Assembly (NCBI GenBank): GCA_000934665.2
Contig: KZ538798.1
Span: 1-46,776, forward strand
Direction: 5' to 3'
Length of the DNA: 46,776 nt
From: Catajapyx aquilonaris
Taxonomy: Eukaryota
The notes under the pieces are model-generated. The model had not been told where the DNA came from. It worked only from the letters and a program-made list of their open reading frames with translations, and searched no databases. Of this stretch, positions 1-11,952 are shown piece after piece; position 1 is the stretch's first letter; each line of letters opens with the position of its first letter. The translations under genes were made by a program, and so were the position numbers.

Positions 1-93
1 CGTTTCCGGACACGGGTTCCTATGTCAAAAATGCTTGTCTTGGTCCCCTCTATCACCCCTAGAAGTTTGTAAAGTTAGGTCGTAAACACCCTG
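1..93. mobile_element. Right end of a Tc1/mariner-type non-autonomous element, truncated by the window edge
   Basis: Ends ...AAACACCCTG followed by TA, the CAGGGTG-type terminus also seen at 8690 and 34649. Confidence 0.5.
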
Positions 94-147
94 TATAAAA
101 GTCACAAAATATTGTTGCAACTGCAACAACAACCCTGTTCTACTTAC

Positions 148-195
148 CTCCAAGTGATGGAAAATTATCCTGGGTCAGGTAGTCCTCTGGGAGAA
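148..195 (-). CDS. mael: Maelstrom, putative C-terminal-region exon (VLPEDYLTQDNFPSLG); gene continues beyond the window
   Basis: Acceptor ttctcttctcattag and donor GTAAGT; 48 bp, open, phase 1 to 1, matching the 3705-3756 exon. Confidence 0.6.
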
Positions 196-658
196 CTAAT
201 GAGAAGAGAAAAGGATGTCATTGAAACAATTTCTGTGAAAGAAATTACCTGGCACACAGCATCATGCTAATGTCACAGTCAGCCAGCATGAAACCATCTA
301 GCTTAGGCCTATGCTCAAAATGAACAGCTGAAAACATGACACTAGTAAGCATGTAAGACACTCAGATTTGATCTGCAATAGAAACTAGTGATTGTGCATT
401 TGAAGCACAAATTTTGAGGCTTAATATAATCTAATAACTCGGCTGAAGCACCACAGATTATTATTAAAAAGCCACTTTCAATATATTGCCAATATCTACT
501 CCTCACGATATACAAGGGTGAAGAAATTTAGCATACAGTCAGTTTGGGCAGTTTGTAAGGGGGGTGGGGGGCTACTTATGATGATTGGCGGCTTATGACT
601 CGGTGATGGATGACTGGTGGCAGCAAAGTTGAAGTTTTCTCTTTTCTTGGTTCCCCTT

Positions 659-811
659 TAGATGGAGTTGCTGAATGAAAAGTGGCACAATAATAGGGGC
701 AGGTGAGTTATTCACCACAATGCGAACAGTTTTGGCTGAGCGATACAAGGTCAAAAGTTATGACCTCTCGATGTCAGCCCAGACAGCTTACCTTAGGAGC
801 AAAGTTTCTGA

Positions 812-856
<45 letters not shown>

Positions 857-2539
857 TTATTTACCTCCTTTGGGAAAATCCCATAACAGGAGGGGGAAGA
901 ATTCACAAGGTAATCTCAGCATGTTTCAATAATCTTGTGGCTTGTACAAAGTATGAATATAGCTGGTACAGGATGTTGGGGGGGGGGGGGGGNGGGGGGT
1001 GGAGGAGGATCTTGCAACAATGCATACACTTTGTCCGGGGGGACTCTAGGCCAATCGTAGAGATGTGTTCGTCTCGCTTGTTTGAAGAAGAAACACATAT
1101 AAATAACATGAAGGAGATCTATGGGATCAGGTGGATAACATAATGAGCATTCCATAGAGCCATTAATAGGGAGTCTGTATCCCTGGATAAATATATAGGG
1201 AGATTCATTGCGCAGATTTGCCAACATACGAATAATCTGGATGGGGGAGTTGTAAGAAAAGTACAACTCATGTAAGGGGGAGTCTTTCAGCATTGCATAA
1301 TTTCGGTACCTAGTAGAAACTCCCAGCGCCGCGTAATCCTCTTGTATTGTCACATCTATGTATTGTTTGATTATTATCAAAGAGGCAGTAGCTAGAGTTG
1401 GGGAGCGTAACCAGTGTTCCCATGAGCTACCTGCCCTATTTTAAAAAATGTCTATTTTATTAATCCAGTTCGAGTTAGAGATCGTCCTCCTCGACATTGC
1501 GTAATTAAAACAGCTCTTAGTGAGCCTATCTGGTGTCATACTCTCCAGCCTGATCAGCCACTTAAATACTGGTTTTAAAACATTAACTGAGAGAGGACGA
1601 CGACCAGTTTCTAGCCTCACATAGTAATTAGCTGCATTGGCTGGAAGAGACATACACTTCTTAATGTAATGGAGTTGAACACGTTCAATGTCGAGGAGGT
1701 AATCAAGACCCCAGATGTGAGCATTATACAAGATAATTGGGGCGATCTGAGCTGAAAAAAGTGATAGTGCTGTAGAAATGTTCCGGACCTTAAGCTTTGC
1801 AAGTGTCGTCCACAGTGCTGCTATGGCGGATTTGCTCTTGGCACACAAAAGGTCAGCCGCCCCTCTAAATTTGCCCATCGAGGTAAATGGGATTCCAAGG
1901 TACTTATGTGCGTGGGAGATTTCTATCGGTCTGTCTTCCCAAAAAAACATTGTGGTTCCCGGCAGGCGACCGCCAGAACGGAATACCACAACCTTTGTCT
2001 TCGACAGATTTACCGACAGTTCCATCTTCATTAAATATGAGGCCAGTACATTAATCAATCTTTGCAAATAAATCGCGTTGGACGACAAAAGTTTCTGATA
2101 TCACACTTAGAAAAGGCAGACTCATTTTCAGTTTTCGGCCCCTCTGTTTGTTAACTAAATTAAGTATGCATTTTACAAAGCTGGCTATTTGGAACAGAGG
2201 CCTGATGCATTCCAAACGCCTCTCAAATTCTGCTTCGACACGTGTTGTAGTCCAAATGATACATGCCTGCAATGCAGGAACTTGTCATTTATGAGATGTG
2301 CTCATTGTACAAATGTGTTTTGTTTTGAACATATAATTAAAAACATGCATAAGTGCTAATTTGCTATGCTTCTTTTTATCTGCCAGTGCTTTACCCTTCC
2401 CATTTAGGTAAGCTGTCCGGGGTGATATTAAGAGGTCATAACTTTCGACCTTGTATTGCTCAGACAAAATGGTTTTTTTTGGTGAATAACTTACCTGCCT
2501 CTATCATCGTGCCAAGTTTCATTCAGCAACTCCATCTAC
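659..2539. mobile_element. Diverged fold-back DNA element (arms about 659-797 and 2403-2539) interrupted by a LINE
   Basis: tagatggagttgctgaatgaaa...cagcttacct is the reverse complement of aggtaagctg...tttcattcagcaactccatcta. Confidence 0.75.
812..2087 (-). mobile_element. 5'-truncated non-LTR retrotransposon (RT C-terminus and CCHC knuckle; possibly RTE-X-like)
   Basis: ORFs 1441-2088 and 916-1380 are in the same frame, split by one stop. Motifs VNLSKTKVVVFRSGG, KYLGI and CSLC...HVIYMC. (ATT)n tail at 812-856. TSD AAAGTTTCTGA at 801-811 and 2088-2098. Confidence 0.9.
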
Positions 2540-2904
2540 AGTGAATGACCTTCCCTTGTGAGATATTCCAATTTCAAATCTCGAAGCCCCATAAGGGTCG
2601 ATTGTAAATCCCACTTTAAAGTGGGATTTTCAATCGACCCTTATGGGGCTTCGAGGCCCCCCCAAATTTGGGGCCTTCCATAGTGACCTACGATCATTAC
2701 TCGACCACCACACCCAAACCATAACATTCTGCACTAGTGAAACAATCTTCTGAGATATGTAACTCATTTTTGATGAAAAATGCACCTTGATTGTTCTTCC
2801 CCCGAGGTCTTTGTATGTCGATTTTCTGTGACAAACCATTTGGTAGTTAGTGTTATGTCGCACTTATAATCCCACTATACAAGGTCCGATATTGAACTCT
2901 ATTG

Positions 2905-3262
2905 GGGGAGGCACGGTGGCCGAGATGGTAACGTCTCGGCTTGCTATGCGAAAGGTCAGGGTTCAAATCCCCACCCGGGAACAAACCTTTCGCTTGAGTC
3001 AATGGGTCGTGACCCGTGCCTAAGGAGGCGTCTTGGCAACCTGACCTCCTGGGGGACTGCACCTGGCCCACCGCTGGACAATGCACCTGCACATGTATCC
3101 CCTCCCCAAATCCCCAACCCTTACCCTATTTCCTAGTAATCCTTGCACCGGTGATTGGAAGAAAAACTAATTAGAAAACTGTATGGTGGTCTGCCACCCC
3201 CCTATAACGACCAAGTGTTGTATCACGGGGTAATGAAAATAAAAAATAAAATAAAAAAATAA
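2905..3262 (+). mobile_element. tRNA-derived SINE, family B, copy 1
   Basis: A box TGGCCGAGATGG, B box GGTTCAAATCC, A-rich tail. 16-bp TSD ATATTGAA(C/G)TCTATTG at 2889-2904 and 3263-3278. Paralogs at 23404 and 28931. Confidence 0.9.
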
Positions 3263-3704
3263 ATATTGAAGTCTATTGTGCGTCTAGCAGCCAATGGTTT
3301 GTCACAGAAATTCAATATATGGCTAATTAGACTCAGCTCATGAAACTCTAACATACGTGAAAATTAGCCTGATAGGAACCACTTGAAATGCTGACTTTGA
3401 GCACCTCTAGCGGCCAAACAGCACGGTAGATTTTCTTCATCCTTCAGAACAACTGACCCTAAGGTCAAGGTGTATCAACTGACCATGTTTCATCCAAATC
3501 CATCTGGCTCAACTTTTCCATAAAGAACCCCACAATGTCCTTTTAGTTGCTCACAAGAACTAAAAGCACATTCCACTCAGGGCAACTCCCCTGTCCCACT
3601 TTTCTGATCCCCTAATTGTGCCAATAGGAGTTTTGGGCAATGCGACATTTATGCAGATATAAATATGCCCTACATTATTTACAGTATGGTACTTTGATAT
3701 TTAC

Positions 3705-3756
3705 CTTGGTCCAGGCCAAAGCCAAACGCTGGGTTACTGCGACCCATCACTGTGCT
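3705..3756 (-). CDS. mael: Maelstrom, putative small exon (STVMGRSNPAFGFGLDQ)
   Basis: Acceptor actttttcag and donor GTAAAT; phase 0 to 1, bridging the 4857 and 195 exon boundaries; no homology evidence. Confidence 0.55.
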
Positions 3757-4856
3757 CTGAAAAAGTATCCCATTTAAGGCAAATCAATAAGGTGAAACCA
3801 TAGTCATACTTGTAGTAGATATAGGGCCACATGGGTTGGTTCATAAGTCAATGCAGGTATTTAAAAAAATTCTAAAACAGTAACATACGGTATACACAGA
3901 TGACCTCTACTAAGTTTTTAATCTCTGGAGAGTAATGGATACCCTGTGATAGGCCTCCTTGAGCTCTTCAGGGCCATGGTTTCCAACTGCTGGGTCACGA
4001 GCCTTGGGTCAACTTTTGTTTGTTTTTGAAATTTGTGCGCAATAATGAATAATTTAAAAATAAAAAAAGCGTGAACACTGTGTACGAGTTTTATGTTTGA
4101 GCCGTGGTTTTAACCCTTTCTGGTCTCGGGCATCGGGCGATTCATCTTGGGTGTGGCACATGAATGGTGATGCCATGTATTAAGTTACATATTTTCGCAC
4201 GCTCAAAATTTTCTCCTCGATAAAATTTGCCGCCTCCATGACATTTGCCGTCCCTTTAAATTTTGCCACCCTAGGGACGTGCCTACTCGGCCTATTGGGT
4301 AATATGTATACTAATCCAAATTGTAATCACCAAAGCTTCAAAACTACCCAAGGTAATTCCTGTATAATTATATTACACAGTTTTAGAATTTTAAAATACA
4401 TCCAATATCTTATTAATCAACCCACGTACATGGCAACAGGATGATATTGTTAGAATATTTCCAGATTTAGGCAGATGACAGTGTTCCAATCACTCCTGAG
4501 AAACATACCAAATAAAGGTAGCCACCAATACTAGTCAAGGCACGAACATAAGTATCTGAACATTTTGGCTTCCATTTACAGCAGGCATATGGCACAAAGG
4601 CATCTTAATTATTTCCATTTTGCGTCTGTTACATCGGTTACTTATGAATTCTCTTTAAATGTCAATATAATTATCACAGTAGTGTGTAGTTTAACATCAC
4701 TATGCACTTCTTGAATATATCCTGTTTTCATGTTTTCTTAAAATTCATAAATACAAACCCTGATAGATTCTAAAATGGAAAACTAAAAACTATTTCAACA
4801 ACAATTGCATTGAAAATTTTTCTCCATCCTGGCATCTGGGCAAGGTTAATACTTAC

Positions 4857-5096
4857 AACAGGCCAGGCCTGATAGAATCCGCTCAGCTCCGTTTCAATAT
4901 TAGGTTCATCATCTTTTGTGCTCTTACTCTGCCCACTTCCTGTCTGTACTGGTAATTGCCGTCTTGGTGTGTGCTGTCCTGGAATGAGCATCATGCCGAA
5001 TCTAGTACTTATCTCATTTGCTATAGCAAATCCCCACTCTTTCACCATGGCCAAGGAGCAAGTCACCACGCTGTCTTGGCAGTTCATGCGATGCCA
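4857..5096 (-). CDS. mael: Maelstrom exon, end of MAEL domain (WHRMNCQDSVVTCSLAMVKEW...LIPGQHTP)
   Basis: Completes the C-x2-H...CSL motif and the LIPGxHxP motif of MAEL; acceptor tttag, donor GTAAGT, phase 0 to 0. Confidence 0.85.
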
Positions 5097-5957
5097 CTAA
5101 ATATTTAAAATAATAATAATTAGTTATGATGTACCATGCACTTTTGCACATACAAAAAAAAAGTTTGTTTAGGTCATCACAATTTCCCAGGACACCCAAA
5201 ATCTTGGTACTTCTTTGTATTAAGGCTTCATCCATACTGAATTGTTTCTGTTACACTTGTGAGGACATTGGCAGAGAAGCATCACCTGGTCTCAATCACC
5301 TACAAAAAAAAAAAATCTGAATGCCTTGTGCTTAGCTCAATTAACTCTTTGAAATCAAGCCAATCCCCTACTGGATTTTTTTTTTTCTAAATTTCATAAT
5401 CTGACATTCCCTAGGAGAGTGGTTACGGAAAAGAAGCAGAATGCTCACACTAATTGATTTTCAACTATCCGACACTTAAATCTTCAATATAACTCAGACT
5501 TTCGACCAAAAACTGGAAACTGGACTCAGATGTGTAGTGTAATTTTCCTGCCTCAATCATTGTTCTCACAAAACCTTACAAATTAACCCTCTCCTCCTGG
5601 GTCCCAAGCCGCTTATTTAACACGAATAAGACAGGCAACACAACAGCTGTGACAGCAGTAAAACAAATCTCTGTTGGCAAAACTATTGAGTGTTTTTCCA
5701 GAGAAGCACTGTTTCTGTATGGCTTTCTCACTTTTCAATATAAGTTTGCATAGCCATAAATCGCAATAATAATAGTGAAAATTGCGTCTCACAAAGGACA
5801 TTCACCAAGTGCAAGCCCCCAATTTCATTCATACTTGGCAGGTAAACATCCACCCTCAACAATGAACAGTATAAATGATTTTTGTGAAATGTCATATTTA
5901 AGGTTTAACACAGGGTGGGAAGGGTCAAATTGCAGAATGTTGAATTTTACAAAATAT

Positions 5958-6400
5958 GAGGTTCATTAAGATGAAAACGAGCCACTGTCATCGAGCAAAT
6001 TTCCTGATGGGTTTTCCGTGACATGTTATACATAAAACGAAGGCTGTGCCAGTGTAGTATTGTGACACATTGACAGTTGGCCATTCCATCACTAGACAAA
6101 GTCGCAGTGTGCGTTTGTTCATGACCCCCCCCCCCCNCCCCCCCCGCCCTCTCAAAAAGACCCTCCAGTCAGATATGGAAGAAATGAAAGTTGAGCATGA
6201 AGAGGTAAACCATTTTTGAACCACGAAATGTGTCGGCAGTACAGAAATCCATCTCAGTATGAGTACAGTGTATGAAAACTGTATGTCTTTGCCACGTGTT
6301 AGACCCTGGAGTATGCGGTTCAGAGAGGGGCCGTTGTTGTTGTCTGGTGATTCCAGGCCGCGGCAAGCACACATCTTACTCCAGGCTCTAACAGGCTGAT
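5958..6400 (+). mobile_element. Degenerate mariner-derived non-autonomous element, same family as 38752-39282
   Basis: Shares gatgaaaacgagccactgtcat, gacagttggccatt and ccagtcagatatggaag with the 38752 copy; the right end is unclear. Confidence 0.7.
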
Positions 6401-6446
6401 TGAGGTAGAGGTGAGGTTGAAGGTATAATGGGCATTTATGCGTTGA

Positions 6447-6690
6447 TACATGCTCAGCAATTGTGGGTTTGAACCCGGCCAAGGTTGGTGACTTTTCTCC
6501 GAGTGGTAGAAAAGTGAGAGTGCGCCTTCCTTCAGAGGGGAAGTAAAGCCGTCGGTCCCGCGTGCTTGTGAGTTGTGACATTGCACGAGTGCACGTTAAA
6601 GATCCCCAGGTGGCCATATTTCCAGGAGGAGAACCACCCCCTGGCGTCGGTGTTGAGCCTTGCGGCAAAAATAGGCCGACGTTAAGCCCC
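6447..6690 (+). mobile_element. tRNA-derived SINE with Deu/Nin-like central domain, head eroded
   Basis: B box GGTTTGAACCC, then CCTTCAGAGGGGAAGTAAAGCCGTCGGTCCCG...GCACGTTAAAGATCCCC; an inverted paralog lies at 39860-40131. Confidence 0.75.
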
Positions 6691-6727
6691 ACTGAAGAAG
6701 TACCACCCAAGGTCATCAGTCTGCACT

Positions 6728-7399
6728 GGGTGTGGGTCATTTCACCGACACCCACCCGGCCAACGGGCCATTTCACTGACATACCCATTCCACCGACAAG
6801 CCATTTCACAGACAAGGAGGTTCCCCGACAGGGCGTTTCACCGACAGTAATTTGATCGACAAATTTACCCACACAATTCCAATATGAAAACCATCCAGTC
6901 ACTGGAGAGACGGGGTCCAGATCACACCTCCTTTTCGCGGCGCCCCTTATGGAAGGAACCACCTGACAGATGCATCCCATTTCTATAAAATATAAACGGA
7001 GCATACATTTCCAATTACATTGCATGAATGAAATACTTGTAGTCAGACACCCGGACAACAACTGCTTACCGGGGAAGCTGTAGGTGACGACCTGATTCGC
7101 TAAAAGATATTCTCGTGGGAAACGTGAAAATGAGGTGTGATCTGGACCCCGTCTCTCCAGTGACTGGATGGTTTTCATATCGGAATTGTGTGGGTCAATT
7201 TGCCGATCAAATGACTGTCGGTGAAACGCCCTGTCGGTGAAATGGCTTGTCGGTGGAATGGGTATGTCGGTGAAATGGCATGTCGGTGAAATGGCATGTC
7301 GGTGAAATGGCCTGTCGGTGGAATGGGTTATGTCGGTGAAATGTCTGTCGGTGAAATGGCCTGTCGGCCAGGTGGGTGTCGGTGAAATGACCCGCTCCG
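6728..7399. mobile_element. Fold-back MITE with tandem-repeat TIRs, MULE/Mutator-like
   Basis: 9-bp TSD GTCTGCACT at 6719-6727 and 7400-7408. Arms built from 15-16-bp units (TGTCGGTGAAATGGC and its complement) plus an inner unique inverted repeat. Confidence 0.8.
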
Positions 7400-8009
7400 G
7401 TCTGCACTCACCCAGCCAGAAGAAATTCAAATACTCATTAGGTAACCAAAATTGGGTACAAACTTTGCGCTATATATGGGTTCAAAATGCCATGAAATGC
7501 ATTTAAAACATTTGCAAAAATCAAAATTCTGAAATCAGACCCTCTTCCACCTCCATTTTAAACCTTCATTATATTCTGCAAAAGTATCTTCTAATGTTAT
7601 TCATTATTGAGATTAGACTATTTGACTACAAAGTTTTCAGAACACCTGCGAGTAGTACTAGGCAAACATCCCTTGTCACCAAATCTTTAAAATCTGCTAA
7701 AAATACTTTGTACTTGTACCTTGTTTCTTGATTTTGGTATGGATGCCTGGGGCATGGGAGAACCTGTGCGCCAACTGGTAGTGGCATATTGTACTCGTCC
7801 AAATGGGGGGCAGGTTGGGCAGTGGGTTAACTGCTATAGGGTTTATGCAACTGGCCCTTAGTGACTCACAATAATGTCCTCAGGGCCCTTATACAAAAAC
7901 AGGCATAATGAGTGGAACTGTACATCCACCAGTAAAAGTACTAAAGTAGTGGGCATTGTCCTAAGAACTTGCAATTCTGTAACTGCCATGGATCCAAACA
8001 TTCACTCAC

Positions 8010-8285
8010 CTCACATCCTGAGTCATGGAAAATATCATGACAGTCATACAACATTTTGTCAATTCTCTTCTTTAGAACCGTGCATAGCTCTTCACGATCG
8101 CTTGTGGCAGAGACTAGCTCAAAGAAAAGCTTCTCCAACTCATAGACTTCAAACGTCTCCTTATCAACGTTAGTTGTTGGTGCATGATCAAAGATGTATT
8201 GCAGGCCACCTTTTACGTCCTCTACCTCGTCCTTCTGGGTAAACAAATAGGCGTTGTGTAGATGGTACTGGTGATATGGTACACC
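8010..8285 (-). CDS. mael: Maelstrom exon, MAEL domain middle (GVPY...FEVYELEKLFFEL...DSGCE)
   Basis: VYELEKLFFEL resembles the MAEL VYxLxxLFxxL segment; acceptor ctgcag, donor GTGAGT, phase 0 to 0. Confidence 0.85.
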
Positions 8286-8689
8286 CTGCAGGTTAATTAA
8301 GATTACACACACATTAGGCTTAATGTTCAAAATGGTATAGAAAATACACTTGGCCCCTGGTTATCCATAGTATCATTATCTGCAGTTAAGAAATATTCAT
8401 GATTAACCCAGATCTGCCAGGAAAATTTTTTGTTGAATTTTTGAACTTTTTCTTGTTTTTATTAGTTCATATTACCTTACCCAAAACGAGTAGTTTACGG
8501 CCGCCCCCAAAAAGTGGAGGGGTGGGGTAGGAAAAAAATGTAATAAAAAATCTGTTAATATTACCTGGACTTTAGAATTGATAATTATTAACCCTGGAAC
8601 CGTGACGTGCCTGAAAGTTACGGCAACCATGACGTGGGGTCTTTTAGGACACCACCCATATTTTAATTCTTATTAATTTTTATATAATA

Positions 8690-9432
8690 CAGGGTGTCCC
8701 ACTACCTCCCGAACCTGGAAAATGGCGCACATCTGGTAAACCACTTGATGTAGGGCGATGAAATTTTACGGGTACATACCTTGGTCTGTGAAAGTAACAT
8801 ATTGTCATAGAAGATGCTGAAAGTGGCCCCCGTTTGCATCCAAGCAGGTCTGAACACGACGCTCCATGTTCGCGAAAGTGCAGGCCAGCATCTCGGGAGT
8901 TATCCCCTCAATTGCGGAACGGATATTTTCCTGCAGTGCTGGGATAGTTCTTGGTTTGTTTTTGTAGACCTGTCCTTTTAGGTAACCCCACAGGAAATAA
9001 TCCGGTGGAGTTAAATCGGGTGATCGTGGTGGCCAAATCCCCTTGGAAATGACTCGGCCAGGGAAGAAGGAATTGATGACGGCCATGCTGACCCTCGATG
9101 TGTGGCATGTTGCCCGTCCTGCTGAAAGTAGCCCAATGTGAGTTCTTCATCGTCCAACTGCTGCATGAAAGTGTCGAAAATCTGGAGGTACACGTCGGAT
9201 GTCACTGTTGAATTGAAGAATACGGGTCCAACAATGCGACATCGTGAAATCCCACACCACACGCCAACTTTCTCAGAATGGAGCGGTTCCTCGTGTATCG
9301 CGTGGGGATTTTCGCTGCAGCCGGTTTTTCTCATGGATCAAGCTATGTCCCCGTAAAATTTCATCGCCCTACATGAAGTGGTTTACCAGTTATGCGCCAT
9401 TTTTCCGGTTCGGGAAGTAGTGGGACACCCTG
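8690..9432 (-). mobile_element. Internally deleted IS630-Tc1-mariner element retaining the transposase C-terminal half
   Basis: TIRs of about 88 bp starting CAGGGTGTCCCACTAC, with TA on both sides. Frameshifted motifs VWCGIS...GPVFF, FQQDG and WPPRSPDLTPPDYFLWGYLK. Confidence 0.92.
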
Positions 9433-9563
9433 TACTTTTCAATGCATTGACTATATGCAATCATTCTTTGAACAATGCCTAAAATGATTGCTAATTCAAA
9501 ATAAACATGCACTTCCTGTTATACACTTTTTTTAATGGCAAAAAGTTCATTGTAATTATCATT

Positions 9564-10218
9564 TTAATGCATATCACTCAGTGCTAGGTCAGGGTTGTAA
9601 ACAGGGTGTTGAAGAACGTCCCATCCCCATGAAACCAATTTCGCTCTGACCAAATTGGCGACATGTGGCCGGGCATTGTCGTGGAGTAGCACGACGTCCT
9701 CCAGTGGCATGGTGGGTTTCTTTATGCGAATGGTTGAACGAAGTTTGCTGAGGGTATGGCCGTACACATCCTTCGTGACAGTCATACCCTTTAGAAGGAA
9801 GTCAATGAGCAGCACACCCTGCCAGTCCCAAAAGACTGTCACCATAACTTTTCCCGCTGAGGGCACGGTCTTGAACTTTATTGGGAGTGGAGAATTGGTG
9901 TGTCGCCATTGCATACTGGACATCTTGCTTTCTGGGACGTAATGATGAGCCCATGCTTCATCACCAGTGACAATTCACCCAAGAAACTATAGCCCTCAAC
10001 ATACTGCACAACACTCCTGTGCGCTATCTTCATGGACTGCTGCAATGGACACGCCATTTTGCTTTTCCAGCCAGCTGGGCCTTGGTGGCACTACAGCTGT
10101 GCCATCCGTGGAGTTCATAGTGAAATAGTTCAGCTTTCATATGTGCCATGTAGTGTTTGTGTGCAATAAAGAATAGCCGTGAAAAAAAAGTTGTCATTTA
10201 CTTTCTGATCCGCCCTCG
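9564..10218 (-). mobile_element. Mariner transposase fragment with its 5' TIR
   Basis: Motifs TGDE.W, SAGKVMVTVFWD, LLHDNARPH and HPVYNPDLALSD; terminus TA-CGAGGGCGGATCAGAAAGT at 10220. Confidence 0.9.
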
Positions 10219-10312
10219 TAATTTTGTAATTTTGTGTCTTTGCAATTTTGTATTTTGTAGACCCGGGGAGGGGCCTTTCCCTTATACACCAAGGCGTTAA
10301 ATAAATAAATGT

Positions 10313-10327
10313 TATTATTATTATTAC

Positions 10328-10370
<43 letters not shown>
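10313..10370. repeat. (TTA)n microsatellite, possibly a retroposon tail
   Basis: Directly visible; preceded by AATAAATAAA. Confidence 0.9.
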
Positions 10371-10371
<1 letters not shown>

Positions 10372-10599
10372 CATGTGACCAACACTCTGTCTGGCATGAC
10401 TTTTCCTGGCTGCATATGGGGCATACTATCCTCGCCACTTGGTCTCGTCCAACTCTACCGTGCCTGTGCCTAAGCTGCAAGATTGTGCCTAACCATCCTA
10501 TAAAGTACTGGAAGGATCAACTCATGCTCGTGCTTGTCTTTTCCCTTCCCATGGCATGGCTTCAAAACTGTAGCACCATGAAACTTATTTTACAACTGG

Positions 10600-11212
10600 C
10601 CCTCATGCTATGGTACCGTATTACCTCTCATATTGTGGCATGCCGGTATAAAACGACGTCGACCAGCATGCAGGTATAACCCGGAGGTGGCCGGCACGCG
10701 GCAATAAACAAGGTAGATTTCCGAAATTTTGATCCTTGCCGAATTTTTTGGAATGCTTCTGGTACAGTACCATACTAAAGTAATGTTACAATGAAAATGG
10801 GCGAGTGTACAGGCTGTGAGAATATGTCAGTTATGTTGCACAGTGCATTTTAAAAATGTAGAGTGTGTGAACAATCCCATCGTCAGCCTGCTTTGACAGG
10901 AAACCCCCTGCTCTAACATACTGTTTAAATAGAGATTATTGCCAAACACTGCGATTGAAAACAATATATGGTACGGGTATCCTATTTGGAAAATGTGCCT
11001 TTTCGATAGCCTTTATGTCAATTTCGATTTTCAGGCAAATGTCAAGTTCAGAAAGGATAACATAACTTATGTGAAAACCTCGCCTTATACCGGCATACCT
11101 CGCCTTATATCGGTATGCCTGTATAGCCACCAGATCATGCATTTCTAAAAACTGGTTGACCTCGCCTACACCGACATGCTGCAATATGAGAGGTAATACG
11201 GTAATATGAGGG
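10600..11212. mobile_element. piggyBac-like MITE
   Basis: Terminal inverted repeats CCCTCAT...taccgtattacctctcatattg and caatatgagaggtaatacggta...ATGAGGG followed by TTAA; related copy at about 29289-29950. Confidence 0.7.
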
Positions 11213-11454
11213 TTAAGACAGAACTAGCATAAATGTGCATCTCTATGTTGGATGTTCAAGCTCAACCTCTTAGAAGCTAGTCAAGTGATGCAATTGTTCA
11301 TTTTTAAGAAATGTCTTCAACTTAAACAATGTCCTTTAATTTTCACATCATTCAATGTGTCAGTGACATAGTCAATGTCATGCAAAGTACTAAGTTGACA
11401 GCAATTATCAACTCAATAGCAGACAAAGAACCAGCGCAAAGGAAAGTAACTTAC

Positions 11455-11736
11455 GGGTTTCCCATACTTCTCAATGTCCAATAAAACTGTTGTAAGTTTA
11501 CAAGCTTGATCAAATGGAGGAATCGGAATCCCATGCACATTGTCCCTGGTTTCCTTTGCTTCATACACGCAGTCCACAGGGATGATTGGAATGTCCACAA
11601 ACACTTGATACGTTTCCTCAATTCCCTGTTCTAGAGAGAATACAGCCATTCCAATCTCTGCAGGGACTACCTTTTGCTCTGGGGTACAGCAATACTTGTT
11701 AACATGTATGAATACAAACTGTGTCTTGGGCAACTC
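11455..11736 (-). CDS. mael: Maelstrom exon, start of MAEL domain (FVFIHVNKYC...PAEIGMAVFSLEQGI...VHGIPIPP)
   Basis: Characteristic MAEL motifs FxFIHVN, PAEI..FSL..G and HxIP; acceptor tttcag, donor GTAAGT, phase 0 to 0. Confidence 0.9.
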
Positions 11737-11952
11737 CTGAAATAAAAAAATAACAATATTTTACGTATGTATGGATAAAGCTTTTTACGAAAAGAGACCA
11801 TTTAACCTCCTGACGCCCCGCGTACAGCCCTCTAGCCATTGGGTTTTAAAATAATAATAATAATAATAATAATAAATTGTTAAAAATTTTTAAAAAAAAT
11901 CACAAAAAATTCTGGGCTTCAGGAGGATAAGATAGTCGATAAATTACTGGTA

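Noticed and set aside
675..932. Poly-Ile and poly-Asn ORFs (also 10130-10480)
   Set aside because: They are translations of (AAT)n microsatellites.
5240..5299. Extra maelstrom exon after a strong poly-T acceptor
   Set aside because: All three frames hit stops within 18 nt, and the 8010 to 5096 junction already restores the C-x2-H motif.
5583..5615. Twister-ribozyme-like core GGTCCCAAGCC
   Set aside because: No downstream complementary purine-rich strand to close the stems; TTAACCC suggests a piggyBac-type terminus instead.
7213..7390. CRISPR-like repeat array
   Set aside because: The units are 15-16-bp tandem repeats without unique spacers, form part of a TIR, and no cas genes are present.
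5988..7430. 480-aa ORF, the longest in the window
   Set aside because: It runs through three unrelated repeats (minisatellite fold-back, SINE, mariner relic) and includes an N; it is open by chance and has no protein motif.
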